Shown piece by piece: positions 10,866 to 21,202 of a stretch of DNA of 64,000 nucleotides. The DNA is taken from positions 31,982 through 95,981 of the forward strand of contig CAVXTE010000001.1 in assembly GCA_963764475.1 (NCBI GenBank). Direction: 5' to 3'. The first letter of the stretch is position 1; each line of letters starts with the position of its first letter. Both the position numbers and the translations under genes were made by a program. The notes below the pieces were generated by a model, which saw nothing but the letters and a program-made list of their open reading frames with translations, was not told the DNA's origin and searched no databases. Origin of the DNA: an uncultured Bacteroidales bacterium. Lineage in GTDB: Bacteria; Bacteroidota; Bacteroidia; Bacteroidales; JAADJA01.

Positions 10866-12029
10866 ATGAATACTATTCTCAGCAAAATAAAAGGGGATAA
10901 AATCATTTGGCTGGTGGTCATTATCCTGTCGGTTTTTTCGATCCTGGCTGTTTACAGTTCAACCGGGACACTGGCTTATAAATACCAGCACGGAAATACA
11001 GAATATTACATGATCAAGCATTTTATTATTATTGCCCTGGGGTTGGTACTGATGTATCTGGCTCACCTCATCAATTACACTTACTTTTCAAGGATCTTTC
11101 AGGTTGCTTTATGGATAGCCATTCCGCTGCTGTTGCTTACATTATTTGTGGGATTGAATTTGAACGATGCTAAACGGGTACTGCCATTACCTTTTGGACT
11201 TACATTCCAGACATCCGACCTTGCCAAACTTACACTCATCATGTACCTGGCTCGTGAACTGACCAAAAGACAGGAAGTCATCAAGGATTTCAAATCGGCT
11301 TTTTTGCCCATCGTCATACCTGTCTTAATTGTTTGTTTTTTGATCTTTCCAGCAAATTTTTCAACGGCAGCTATCTTGTTTGTGACCAGCCTTGTGTTAA
11401 TGTTTATTGGCAGGGTAAGGCTGAAACATATATTTTCAATGATTGGAATCGGAATCGCAGTCATGCTGATCCTATTCATTTTTGCAAAAGCATTTCCAAC
11501 AATATTACCACGCTTTGATACCTGGGTCAGCAGAATCGAAAATTTTGGAGGAGGAGGCGATTCCCACGAAAACTACCAGGTTGAACAGGCAAAAATTGCA
11601 ATTGCCGGTGGCGGGCTCTTTGGGAAAATGCCCGGAAACAGCGAGCAACGGAATTTTCTTCCTCACCCCTACTCCGATTTTATATATGCGATCATTGTTG
11701 AAGAATATGGATTGATCGGGGCAATACTTATTGTTGTCCTGTATCTCATTATTTTATACAGGGCTGTAAAAATCGTTTCAGTAATTCCCCGAAATTTCGG
11801 GGCGTTTCTGACCATCGGGGTAGCATTCAGCCTGGTTTTCCAGGCGATGATCAACATGGGAGTGGCGGTGCATGTTCTTCCTGTCACCGGACAGACACTT
11901 CCATTTATAAGTATGGGAGGAACTTCCATCTGGTTCACCAGCATCTCGATCGGTATCATATTAAGTGTTAGCAAAGAAATAGAAAACAATCCCGAAAATG
12001 CAGGACAATTCAAACCGGCGGAGGCATAG
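10866..12029 (+). CDS. ftsW: FtsW/RodA/SpoVE (SEDS) family peptidoglycan glycosyltransferase
   Basis: 387 aa polytopic membrane protein with the PHPYSDFIYAII..EEYGLIG motif. dcw position. Confidence 0.9.
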   Translation: MNTILSKIKGDKIIWLVVIILSVFSILAVYSSTGTLAYKYQHGNTEYYMIKHFIIIALGLVLMYLAHLINYTYFSRIFQVALWIAIPLLLLTLFVGLNLNDAKRVLPLPFGLTFQTSDLAKLTLIMYLARELTKRQEVIKDFKSAFLPIVIPVLIVCFLIFPANFSTAAILFVTSLVLMFIGRVRLKHIFSMIGIGIAVMLILFIFAKAFPTILPRFDTWVSRIENFGGGGDSHENYQVEQAKIAIAGGGLFGKMPGNSEQRNFLPHPYSDFIYAIIVEEYGLIGAILIVVLYLIILYRAVKIVSVIPRNFGAFLTIGVAFSLVFQAMINMGVAVHVLPVTGQTLPFISMGGTSIWFTSISIGIILSVSKEIENNPENAGQFKPAEA

Positions 12030-13116
12030 GATCATCATTAGTGGTGGCGGTACCGGGGGACATATATTTCCCGCAATCGCCATTGCAAACGCATTGAAAA
12101 AAAAAGAACCGGATGTTGAAATATTATTTATCGGGGCAAAAGGAAAAATGGAAATGCAAAAAGTTCCGGCTGCAGGTTATCCCATCGAAGCCCTTTGGAT
12201 TAGCGGATTGCAACGCAAATTGACGATCAGGAATCTGTTTTTCCCTTTAAAAGTCCTGTTAAGCTTGATGAAAGCAAAAAAAATAATCAAACGATTCAAA
12301 CCGGATATAGTTGTTGGTGTTGGCGGCTATGCCAGCGGCCCGACACTGAGGGTTACCTCAAACAGAGGTATTCCCACAGTTATCCAGGAACAGAATTCTT
12401 TTCCCGGCATTACCAACAAGCTTTTAGCAAAGAAAGTAAAGAGGATATGTGTCGCATATGAAGGAATGGAAAAATTCTTTCCAAAAGAAAAAATTATCCT
12501 CACCGGCAATCCGGTAAGGCAGGAAGTAATCGAAACCACAGGCAAGAAGCGAGATGCGTTAGCTCTTTTTGGATTAGAGCCTGATAAAAAAATTTTACTG
12601 ATCATTGGTGGCAGTCAGGGAGCTTTATCCATAAATAAAAGCATTCAGAAAAATCTGGATTTTATTGTACAGAACGATATACAGGTGATCTGGCAAACCG
12701 GCAACTATTATTATCCGACGGCTATAGAATTATCTGGCAATCCTGCAAGTAAAGGAATCCGTATCGTCGAATTCATTGACAGGATGGACCTGGCCTATGC
12801 CGCTGCCGATGTAATTGTTTCACGTGCCGGAGCAATTGCAATTTCCGAAATTTGTGCTGTCGGTATTCCGGCGGTGTTTATCCCGTTGCCTTCGGCTGCC
12901 GAAGATCATCAAACTAAAAATGCACAGGCGCTTACAGAAAAAGATGCAGCTATTCTGATCCCTGATAACGAAGCCAATGAAAAGCTGGCAATAACAGTAG
13001 TGAATTTAATGAAGGATGAAACAAAACGAAAAAAATTAAGTGAAAATATCGCCCGGTTAGCAATCCGGGATGCTGCAGACAGAATTGCAATAACCATTCT
13101 CAAATTATGTAATTAA
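11998..13116 (+). CDS. murG: UDP-N-acetylglucosamine--N-acetylmuramyl-(pentapeptide) pyrophosphoryl-undecaprenol GlcNAc transferase
   Basis: 372 aa with the GGTGGHIFPA motif. Its 5' end overlaps the ftsW 3' end. Confidence 0.9.
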   Translation: MQDNSNRRRHRIIISGGGTGGHIFPAIAIANALKKKEPDVEILFIGAKGKMEMQKVPAAGYPIEALWISGLQRKLTIRNLFFPLKVLLSLMKAKKIIKRFKPDIVVGVGGYASGPTLRVTSNRGIPTVIQEQNSFPGITNKLLAKKVKRICVAYEGMEKFFPKEKIILTGNPVRQEVIETTGKKRDALALFGLEPDKKILLIIGGSQGALSINKSIQKNLDFIVQNDIQVIWQTGNYYYPTAIELSGNPASKGIRIVEFIDRMDLAYAAADVIVSRAGAIAISEICAVGIPAVFIPLPSAAEDHQTKNAQALTEKDAAILIPDNEANEKLAITVVNLMKDETKRKKLSENIARLAIRDAADRIAITILKLCN

Positions 13117-13128
13117 ATTTTTTTAAGT

Positions 13129-14502
13129 TTGAGCCTAAATAACCTGCATAGTATTTATCTCCTCGGTATCGGAGGCATCGGCATGAGTGCCCTGGCCCGG
13201 TATTTTAATCGACAGGGGGGCCTTGTGCAGGGATATGATAAAACACCCTCATTACTGACTGACCAGTTACAATCAGAAGGCATCAACATACATTTTACAG
13301 ATGATACTTCAAAAATTCCGGCTAAAATTGATCTTGCTATTTACACCCCCGCAGTACCCAAGAACCTGAAGGAGTATATCTATTTGAAGGATTCAGGGAT
13401 TCCGTTTAAAAAAAGATCGGAAGTGCTGGGTTTGCTCACCGCAGGAAAAAAGACTATTGCTGTTGCCGGAACACACGGAAAAACGACCGTCACCAGCATG
13501 ATCGCCCACATTCTGAAAACTGCAGGGATTAGTTGTACCGCTTTCCTCGGTGGTATTGCCAAAAATTTCGATTCCAATTTGCTGGTTTCCGACTCACCTG
13601 AATGGATGGTTGTCGAAGCTGATGAATTCGACAAGTCCTTCCTTCAATTGCATCCTTCAATTGGAGTAATCACCTCACTGGATGCTGATCATCTCGATAT
13701 TTACGGCGATCTCAATAATGTAATAAATTCATACACACAATTTGCCAACCAAATTGTAAACGAAGGGACACTGATTATTAAAGATGGTGTCGACCTTGAT
13801 ATTACGCATTTAAAAAATCGCAGTGTTGTGTCCTATTCAATCAAAGAAAAGGCTGAATACTATGCGGATAATATTCAGTTGTCAAAAGGAATTTACACGT
13901 TCGATTTTATGACACCTGATGGTGCGAAAAAGGATTTTACCCTTGGTGTTCCGGCACTGATCAATCTGGAAAATGCCACCGCTGCTTTGACAGCAGCCAG
14001 TTTTGTGGGAGTTTCAGAAACAGCCTTGAAAACGGCTATCGCTACTTTTTCAGGGATAAAAAGAAGATTCGATTACCGGATAAAGACAGATAGCGTTATC
14101 TATATCGATGATTACGCGCATCATCCCGAAGAAATTAAGGGCTTCATTCAGTCGGTAAGACTATTGTATCCCGGGAAACGTATACTGGGGATTTTTCAGC
14201 CGCACCTTTACACACGTACCCGTGATTTTGCTGATGAATTTGCAAAAAGCCTTGACCTTTTGGATGAAGTCATATTATTACCGATTTATCCGGCAAGGGA
14301 ATTACCAATCGCAAGTGTCAATTCGGAAATGCTTCTGGACAAAATGACATTGAAGGAAAAAATGGTGTGTACCAAAACGAATCTTTTATCAGTGGTCGCT
14401 CAAAAACATTTCGATATTATTGTTACGCTTGGAGCCGGTGACATAGACCAGGTTATCGATCCGATCAGGAAATTTTTATCTGAAACCAATAAAATGCTTT
14501 AA
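13129..14502 (+). CDS. murC: UDP-N-acetylmuramate--L-alanine ligase
   Basis: 457 aa. GIGGIGMSALA and GTHGKTT motifs. TTG start. Confidence 0.9.
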   Translation: MSLNNLHSIYLLGIGGIGMSALARYFNRQGGLVQGYDKTPSLLTDQLQSEGINIHFTDDTSKIPAKIDLAIYTPAVPKNLKEYIYLKDSGIPFKKRSEVLGLLTAGKKTIAVAGTHGKTTVTSMIAHILKTAGISCTAFLGGIAKNFDSNLLVSDSPEWMVVEADEFDKSFLQLHPSIGVITSLDADHLDIYGDLNNVINSYTQFANQIVNEGTLIIKDGVDLDITHLKNRSVVSYSIKEKAEYYADNIQLSKGIYTFDFMTPDGAKKDFTLGVPALINLENATAALTAASFVGVSETALKTAIATFSGIKRRFDYRIKTDSVIYIDDYAHHPEEIKGFIQSVRLLYPGKRILGIFQPHLYTRTRDFADEFAKSLDLLDEVILLPIYPARELPIASVNSEMLLDKMTLKEKMVCTKTNLLSVVAQKHFDIIVTLGAGDIDQVIDPIRKFLSETNKML

Positions 14503-14503
14503 G

Positions 14504-15274
14504 ATGAAAAAGATACTTCATTTCACAATCTGGCTGATACTGATAGCAGGAATATTTGTCCTGGTCAGTTTTATCGATATTGAGCACAAAAAAATCACCT
14601 GCAAAAGTGTGGAGGTCAGTTTCGACTACCAGGACATCGACCCGCTGGTCTCGGCAAATGAGATCAATAAAATATTGTATAAAAACCATGATTCGCTGGT
14701 TGGCAAACGGCTGTCTGAAATCAATCTGGCCGAACTGGAGAATTCCCTAAATAAAATTCCCCAGGTTGCCCGGGCCGATGTGTATACATCTATTAACGGA
14801 AAACTCGCAATAAAAATTAAACAGCGAAATCCTCTATTCCGTGTTATAAATTTGGCTGGTCAGGTTTTTTATGTCGACCGCGAAGGCTGTGCCTTTAAGG
14901 CAAATCCTGGTTATACGACACGGGTGTTGGTAGCAAACGGGTCCATCACTCAAAAATATTCCGATACGTTAACGGTTGATTTTTCAAATGATAAATCATT
15001 GCTTACAAAACTTTACAGAATTTCTGAGTATATCGACAGGGATGAATTTTTAAAAGCACAAATTGAACAGATTTGGGTAACAAAAGATAAAGAATTTGAA
15101 ATGATCCCAAAAGTTGGCAGACAATTAATTATTTTTGGCGATGTAGATAAGATGGAAAACAAATTTAAAAAACTGCTTGTTTTTTATGAGCAGGGACTCA
15201 ATAAATCCGGGTGGGACAAGTACAATACCATTAACCTGAAATTTGAAAATCAAGTGGTGTGTTCAAAAAATTAA
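14504..15274 (+). CDS. ftsQ: cell division protein FtsQ
   Basis: 256 aa with an N-terminal TM segment, sitting between murC and ftsA. Confidence 0.75.
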   Translation: MKKILHFTIWLILIAGIFVLVSFIDIEHKKITCKSVEVSFDYQDIDPLVSANEINKILYKNHDSLVGKRLSEINLAELENSLNKIPQVARADVYTSINGKLAIKIKQRNPLFRVINLAGQVFYVDREGCAFKANPGYTTRVLVANGSITQKYSDTLTVDFSNDKSLLTKLYRISEYIDRDEFLKAQIEQIWVTKDKEFEMIPKVGRQLIIFGDVDKMENKFKKLLVFYEQGLNKSGWDKYNTINLKFENQVVCSKN

Positions 15275-15278
15275 TGAT

Positions 15279-16565
15279 ATGAAATCTTCTGAAATAGTTG
15301 TAGGCCTCGATATCGGAACAACAAAAATAGCTGCTATTGTAGGTAGGAAAAACGATCACGGAAAGATCGAAATACTCGGTCACGGGCGAACAGAATCAAT
15401 CGGTGTAAAGAGGGGTGTGGTTTCGAATATTGAAAATACGGTGAATTCGATACAGAAAGCCATTGAGGAAGCCTCACAAAAAGCAGGTGTGAACATCAAA
15501 TATGTGAATGTCGGCATTGCAGGCCAGCACATCAAAAGTCTTCAGCACCGCGGGGGCATCATCCGTGAAAATTATGACAATGAAATTAGTAAAGCTGACG
15601 TGGAAACCCTTCTCAACAACATGTACAATCTGAATATGAGTCCCGGTGAAGAAATCATCGACGTGATACCTCAGGAATATATTGTCGATGATGAGCAGGG
15701 AATCAAACAGCCAGTTGGGATGCTCGGAAATAGTCTCGAGGCAAATTTTCATATCATCATTGGGCAGACGACAGCGGCAAAAAATATTTTCAAATGTGTT
15801 ACCAAGGCTGACCTTGAAGTCGTCGACCTGATCCTTGAGCCGATTGCTTCAGCTGAAGCAGTTTTGAGCGAGGAAGAAAAAGAGGCTGGCGTCGTTTTGG
15901 TGGATATCGGAGGGGGCACAACCGACATTGCTATTTTTCAGGATGGTATTATCAGGCATACAGCAGTCATTCCGTTTGGAGGTGATGTGATCACCGAAGA
16001 TGTGAAGGAAGGCTGCACTATCATTCGTAAGCATGCTGAAGAATTAAAGGTAAAATTCGGTTCATCCCTGGCGAGCGAAAATCGTGACGATGAAATTGTT
16101 GCAATTCCGGGATTACGCGGCAGACCACCCAAAGAGATCAGTCTGAAAAACCTTGCCAGCATCATACAGGCAAGAATGGAAGAGATCATCGAGCATGTTT
16201 ATTTCGAAATTAAAAACTCAGGGTATGAGAAAAAACTAATCGCCGGCATTGTCCTCACTGGTGGAGGTGCATTACTCAAACACCTGACGCAGCTTACGGA
16301 GTTTATTACTGGCATGGATACACGCATCGGTTATCCGAACGAACACCTTGCCGATACAGTTTCTGAAGAACTCGCCAGTCCGATGTATGCCACAGGAATC
16401 GGACTCGTAATCGAAGGGATGAAAAGATTCGACCTGGAAAAGGAACACCTGGGAAAAAAAGAGGAGGTCATTCCAGATGAGGATGAAACAATGAAACGGG
16501 AAGGGAGACCATTCAGCTTTCTGAAAAAAATACAGGATTTCTTCGAAAAGGATGATATTTCCTGA
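15279..16565 (+). CDS. ftsA: cell division protein FtsA
   Basis: Actin-fold motifs VGLDIGTTK and DIGGGTTD. The ATG at 15279 (MKSSEIVVGLDIG) is preferred over the ORF-track start at 15243, which would overlap ftsQ. Confidence 0.9.
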   Translation: MKSSEIVVGLDIGTTKIAAIVGRKNDHGKIEILGHGRTESIGVKRGVVSNIENTVNSIQKAIEEASQKAGVNIKYVNVGIAGQHIKSLQHRGGIIRENYDNEISKADVETLLNNMYNLNMSPGEEIIDVIPQEYIVDDEQGIKQPVGMLGNSLEANFHIIIGQTTAAKNIFKCVTKADLEVVDLILEPIASAEAVLSEEEKEAGVVLVDIGGGTTDIAIFQDGIIRHTAVIPFGGDVITEDVKEGCTIIRKHAEELKVKFGSSLASENRDDEIVAIPGLRGRPPKEISLKNLASIIQARMEEIIEHVYFEIKNSGYEKKLIAGIVLTGGGALLKHLTQLTEFITGMDTRIGYPNEHLADTVSEELASPMYATGIGLVIEGMKRFDLEKEHLGKKEEVIPDEDETMKREGRPFSFLKKIQDFFEKDDIS

Positions 16566-16798
16566 AAGCCATGATGCGATTCGAACTAAAAATCAGATCA
16601 CTTACAGATTAGAAAACCGCTACTTTATCTTATTGATGGCTGCTTCAGAGAAACCCTCACCGGATATAGCGGGTTTGATGCAAATATTGTACTATAATGT
16701 CACGATCAGAACGTAAATAATTAACATTGATTTTGTTGATAAAAACTGATTATTAAATATTTAAGTGGATTTTTAATTAATACTTTTAAAAGAAAAAA

Positions 16799-18361
16799 AT
16801 GGATCATATGCTAAATTTTGATTTGCCTAAAAATCAATCTTCTATCATAAAAGTCATCGGTGTCGGCGGTGGCGGTAGCAATGCAGTTTCGCACATGTAT
16901 TTGCAGGGAATTCAGGGAGTGGATTTTATTATTTGCAATACGGATGGTCAGGCAATGGAAGCCAGCCCGGTCCCAATTAAAATACAATTGGGTTCGAAAG
17001 GCCTTGGTGCCGGGTCCATTCCGTCAGTGGGTAAAGAAGCTGCCATCGAAAACATAGAGGACATAAAACACCTCCTGGAAAAAAACACCAAAATGCTCTT
17101 TATTACAGCTGGTATGGGTGGTGGTACAGGTACAGGAGCAGCTCCGATCATAGCTCAGACGGCCAAAGAATTAGGCGTCCTCACAGTCGGGATCGTTACC
17201 ATTCCGTTTTCGTTTGAAGGAAGAAAAAGAAGGCTTCAGGCAGAGGATGGAATCGAGGAACTGAGAAAAAATGTCGATACCCTGCTGATCATATCTAATG
17301 ATAAACTCAGGGAGGTACATGGTGATTTAAAATTGTCGGAAGCATTCCAGAAAGCAGATAACATCTTAACGGTCGCAGCGAAAGGTATTGCAGAGATCAT
17401 TACCGTTACCGGGTATATAAATGTCGATTTCGAGGATGTAAAAACAGTGATGAAGGATAGCGGAACCGCCATCATGGGTTCGGCCATAGCTGAAGGCGAA
17501 AACCGTGCAATCACTGCCGTAGAAGAGGCCCTTGCATCCCCCTTACTAAATGACAATCAGATTATCGGCGCCGACAACATCCTGCTGTATATCGCTTCCG
17601 GAAATGCGGAGATAACAATGGATGAAGTGACCGAAATCACCGAATATATTCAAAATTCCGCCGGTCAAAATGCAGAAATAATCTGGGGTAATGGCAAAGA
17701 CGAAACCCTTGAAAATAAAATCAGCGTTACCCTTGTCGCTACAGGTTTCAAATCGGAAAAAGATGGCAAGGTGATCGGAAAAACCGAACGGATCGTTCAT
17801 CCGCTTGTTGAAATTCCAAAAGAAGAATTTAGGGCGAAACCCCGGATTACCGAAAATATCACAGAAATAACGTTGTTAAGTTCATCGAAATCTGGTTCAG
17901 ATGAAACAGAAGGTGAGACTGATGCCGGGCAAACCAGACACGAAACCGGCAATCAGTCAACGATGGAACTAAAATTCAAACCGGCAGAAAAACCCGCCGT
18001 TAATGAAATTGCTCCGGTAATTGCAGATGAGAAAAAACCGGAAGCTGAAAAGCCTGTAAAAACTTCTGACAATTCTGAAACGGAACAGAAAAATCAGCCG
18101 GTGAAAACCGAACAGGATGAGCTTGAGAAAAAATCGATGGAGCGCATCAAACGGCTGAAAGATTTGAGCATGAAGCTAAAATCGCCTTCTGATATCGAAG
18201 AAATGGAAAACACTCCTGCTTATATTCGCAGAAATGTGGATTTGTCGGAGATGAATCTTTCATCTGATTCGGAAGTTTCTCGTTTCATGCTTTCTGACGG
18301 AGAAGATAACAGCACCCGGATCAAACCGAATAATTCCTTTCTTCATGATAATGTAGACTGA
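16799..18361 (+). CDS. ftsZ: cell division protein FtsZ (long linker and C-terminal extension)
   Basis: 520 aa. GVGGGGSNAV and GGGTGTGAAP tubulin signature. C-terminal peptide NTPAYIRR followed by a ~45-aa tail. Confidence 0.95.
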   Translation: MDHMLNFDLPKNQSSIIKVIGVGGGGSNAVSHMYLQGIQGVDFIICNTDGQAMEASPVPIKIQLGSKGLGAGSIPSVGKEAAIENIEDIKHLLEKNTKMLFITAGMGGGTGTGAAPIIAQTAKELGVLTVGIVTIPFSFEGRKRRLQAEDGIEELRKNVDTLLIISNDKLREVHGDLKLSEAFQKADNILTVAAKGIAEIITVTGYINVDFEDVKTVMKDSGTAIMGSAIAEGENRAITAVEEALASPLLNDNQIIGADNILLYIASGNAEITMDEVTEITEYIQNSAGQNAEIIWGNGKDETLENKISVTLVATGFKSEKDGKVIGKTERIVHPLVEIPKEEFRAKPRITENITEITLLSSSKSGSDETEGETDAGQTRHETGNQSTMELKFKPAEKPAVNEIAPVIADEKKPEAEKPVKTSDNSETEQKNQPVKTEQDELEKKSMERIKRLKDLSMKLKSPSDIEEMENTPAYIRRNVDLSEMNLSSDSEVSRFMLSDGEDNSTRIKPNNSFLHDNVD

Positions 18362-18374
18362 AAAGATAAACATT

Positions 18375-18824
18375 ATGAGTCTGGAAAAAACCATTAATGA
18401 GGATATTAAATCGGCCATGCTGGCCAAAAATAAAAAGAAGCTGGAAGCTTTACGTGCAGTGAAAGCAGCAATTTTAATTGCGAAGACCGATAAAGATTTT
18501 TCAGGTGAACTTGCGCAGGATGCAGAGATGAAAATCCTTCAGCGGCTTGTAAAACAGCGGAAAGAATCGGCTGATCTTTATAAGGCTCAGAATAGAAATG
18601 ACCTTGTCGAAGAAGAATTATTCCAGTGTTCTGTCATTGAAAAATACCTTCCGGCCCAACTCAGTGAAGAAGAAATCCGGTCCTCGGTCAGGGAAATTAT
18701 TGCAGCGTCAGGTGCTACATCCATTAAGGATATGGGAAAAGTAATGGGATTAGCCACTAAAAAACTAGCGGGTAAAGCCGAAAATAAAATTATTTCGGTG
18801 ATTGTTAAAGAATTACTTTCTTAA
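18375..18824 (+). CDS. GatB/YqeY domain protein
   Basis: 149 aa helical protein. The pattern MLAKNKKKLEALRAVKAAI...ESADLY is typical of the YqeY family. Confidence 0.75.
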   Translation: MSLEKTINEDIKSAMLAKNKKKLEALRAVKAAILIAKTDKDFSGELAQDAEMKILQRLVKQRKESADLYKAQNRNDLVEEELFQCSVIEKYLPAQLSEEEIRSSVREIIAASGATSIKDMGKVMGLATKKLAGKAENKIISVIVKELLS

Positions 18825-18842
18825 AAGGGCTGTAGATAAATC

Positions 18843-18874
18843 AAAAAAGGCTGCAGGAAATCTCCCGCAGCCTT
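18843..18874 (-). terminator. intrinsic terminator between convergent yqeY and tsf
   Basis: GGCTGC(A)GG / CC-GCAGCC stem at 18849-18872. It is preceded on the plus strand by A6, which is U6 after the stem on the minus strand. Confidence 0.6.
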
Positions 18875-18898
18875 AAATTCATTAACCTCAATTTTTTA

Positions 18899-19726
18899 TC
18901 AGGCACCAAGCATCAGTCGCCTGAAACCTGTAACTTTTAATTCGGGATCAACACTTTTCAGATATTGACCTACTGTAATTTTCGAATCCCTTACAAAATC
19001 CTGGTTGAGCAAGGTGTTCTCTTTATAAAACTTATTGAGTTTTCCCTGTGCTATTTTTTCAAGCATATTTTCGGGCTTTCCTTCCTGGCGGGCCTGTTCC
19101 ATTCCGATCTCAATTTCCTTGTCAATAATTTTTTGTGAGACGTCATCCTTATCGACAGCTACAGGATTCATTGCTGCAACCTGCATGGCCATTTGACGAC
19201 CGGCTTCTGCATTGTTGTCCTTATTCAATCCCAGGATAGTCGCCAAACGATTTCCCTGGTGATTATAAGCAAAAACTTTGTTTGCTTCGATGAATTCATA
19301 GCTTGAAAGATCCATTTTTTCACCGGTTTTCCCAACCAGATCCATCACGCTTTCCCCAACAGTTCTTCCATTGATATCTAAACTTTTCAGTTCATCCAGG
19401 TTATGTGGCTGATGGTGAATCGCTGCATCAATTACTTTGTGAGCGAAACCGGAAAATTCTTCATTTTTGGCAACAAAATCTGTTTCACAATTCAGCATGA
19501 TGACTGCACCGAATTTATGATCGTGTGAAGTTTTCGCAATCACGATGCCTTCGATTGCTTCTTTATCGGCCCGTTTATTGGCAACTTTCTGACCTTTTTT
19601 CCGGAGGATATCAATTGCTTTTTCAGTATCGCCATCTGCTTCTACCAGGGCATTTTTACAATCCATCATCCCCGCCCCGGTAATTTGTCTCAGCTTGTTT
19701 ACCTCTGCTGCTGTAATATTTGCCAT
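18899..19726 (-). CDS. tsf: translation elongation factor Ts
   Basis: 275 aa. N-terminal UBA-like MANITAAEVNKLRQITGAGMMDCKNAL. Confidence 0.95.
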   Translation of the reverse strand: MANITAAEVNKLRQITGAGMMDCKNALVEADGDTEKAIDILRKKGQKVANKRADKEAIEGIVIAKTSHDHKFGAVIMLNCETDFVAKNEEFSGFAHKVIDAAIHHQPHNLDELKSLDINGRTVGESVMDLVGKTGEKMDLSSYEFIEANKVFAYNHQGNRLATILGLNKDNNAEAGRQMAMQVAAMNPVAVDKDDVSQKIIDKEIEIGMEQARQEGKPENMLEKIAQGKLNKFYKENTLLNQDFVRDSKITVGQYLKSVDPELKVTGFRRLMLGA

Positions 19727-19780
19727 TTTATTTTAAATTATATCCCGGGAAATTTCACCGGGAAAAGTTGAACGAATTTT

Positions 19781-20695
19781 TTATTTTTTTGTAATTCTTT
19801 TGGCTGGCTTTGTAACAATTTTACGTGGCCTCTTTCCTGTTTTTGAAGATCCCTCCTCTTCTTCAGCTTCTTTTGCCTTAGCCTTGATCCGCTTTGTTAC
19901 TTCGACATCCTCATCTTCTTCTGCTTCGAGCATTTCAATGGTTTCTGACTTGACCTTAACCGTTTCTTCCTGTTCTTCATCTTCTTTTGCCTTTTTATCC
20001 CTGTCAAGTTTTCGTTCCACAAGGCCTTCTTCAATTGCCTTCACGATTGCTCCGACAATCAGATCAATCGATTTGGAGGCATCATCATTGGCAGGAATCG
20101 GAAAATCGATTTTAGTAGGATCAGAATTCGTATCCACAATCGCAAAAGTGGGGATATTCAGTTTTTTTGCTTCGGCAATCGCAATGTGTTCTTTCAGAAT
20201 ATCCACTACAAAAATTGCGGAAGGTAAGCGGTTCAAATCAGCAATGCTCCCAAGTTGCTTCTCGAGTTTTGCCCGTTCACGCTGTACCTGCAGCCGTTCC
20301 CTTTTCGAAAGATTGTTGAATGAATTGGTGGTGATCATTTTATCGATGGATGCCATTTTCCGAACTGCTTTCCTGATGGTAGCAAAATTCGTCAGCATAC
20401 CGCCTGGCCAACGCTCAGTCACATATGGCATATTTACACGCTGGACATGCCGTGAGACAATGTCTTTTGCCTGTTTTTTGGTAGCTACAAACAGGATTTT
20501 CTTACCTGATTTGGAAATCTGCTTAATAGCAGAAGCAGCTTCTTCAATCTTTGCCACAGTTTTATAAAGGTCGATAATGTGGATACCATTGCGCTCCATA
20601 AAAATATAAGGAGCCATATTTGGATTCCATTTTCTTTTGAGGTGGCCAAAATGCACACCTGCGTCTAATAATTCGTTGAAATTTACTCTTGACAT
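19781..20695 (-). CDS. rpsB: 30S ribosomal protein S2 with a charged C-terminal extension
   Basis: 304 aa. Conserved S2 core (GVHFGH, WPGGMLTNF) plus a ~75-aa K/E-rich tail. Confidence 0.95.
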   Translation of the reverse strand: MSRVNFNELLDAGVHFGHLKRKWNPNMAPYIFMERNGIHIIDLYKTVAKIEEAASAIKQISKSGKKILFVATKKQAKDIVSRHVQRVNMPYVTERWPGGMLTNFATIRKAVRKMASIDKMITTNSFNNLSKRERLQVQRERAKLEKQLGSIADLNRLPSAIFVVDILKEHIAIAEAKKLNIPTFAIVDTNSDPTKIDFPIPANDDASKSIDLIVGAIVKAIEEGLVERKLDRDKKAKEDEEQEETVKVKSETIEMLEAEEDEDVEVTKRIKAKAKEAEEEEGSSKTGKRPRKIVTKPAKRITKK

Positions 20696-20810
20696 GTTTT
20701 TAATGTTTACATTCTGTTAATTAAAGCAATCACCGGGTAGCATTCAAAACTGAAAAATATCAGCAGGTAATGGTCCAGGCAATTTAGATACTAAACATTG
20801 ATAAATACGG

Positions 20811-21197
20811 TTACCGTTTACTGAACTGGAATTTTTTACGGGCTTTTTTACGGCCGTATTTTTTCCGTTCAACCATTCGGGGATCCCTCCTTAACAAACC
20901 TTTGGCTTTTAAAGGCGGCCTGTTTTCAGGTTCTAATTCAACCAATGCTTTTGATATGGCGAGTCTCAGCGCTTCAGCCTGTCCTGTTATGCCTCCGCCG
21001 TCAAGATTTGCTGCAATATCAAACTTACCAAGGTTATTGGTAATTTCCAGGGGTTGATTTATGATGTATTGCAATGTTGCTAATGGGAAATATTCTTTAT
21101 AATCTCGTTTATTCACAAGGATATTACCTTTTCCGTCGTTAAGATATACCCGCGCAATAGCGGTTTTTCTTCTCCCGGTAGTATTGATTACGTCCAT
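20811..21197 (-). CDS. rpsI: 30S ribosomal protein S9
   Basis: 128 aa. GGGITGQAEA motif and the C-terminal KKFQFSKR. Confidence 0.95.
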   Translation of the reverse strand: MDVINTTGRRKTAIARVYLNDGKGNILVNKRDYKEYFPLATLQYIINQPLEITNNLGKFDIAANLDGGGITGQAEALRLAISKALVELEPENRPPLKAKGLLRRDPRMVERKKYGRKKARKKFQFSKR

Positions 21198-21202
21198 ATT
21201 TT

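Noticed and set aside
15243-15278. Upstream start for ftsA as given in the ORF track
   Set aside because: It would add 12 non-conserved residues and overlap ftsQ by 32 nt. The ATG at 15279 gives the canonical MK..IVVGLDIGTTK N-terminus.
19800-20567. 255-aa plus-strand ORF
   Set aside because: It is antisense to the well-supported rpsB gene. Its Ser-rich low-complexity translation mirrors the K/E-rich S2 tail, so it is a spurious shadow ORF.
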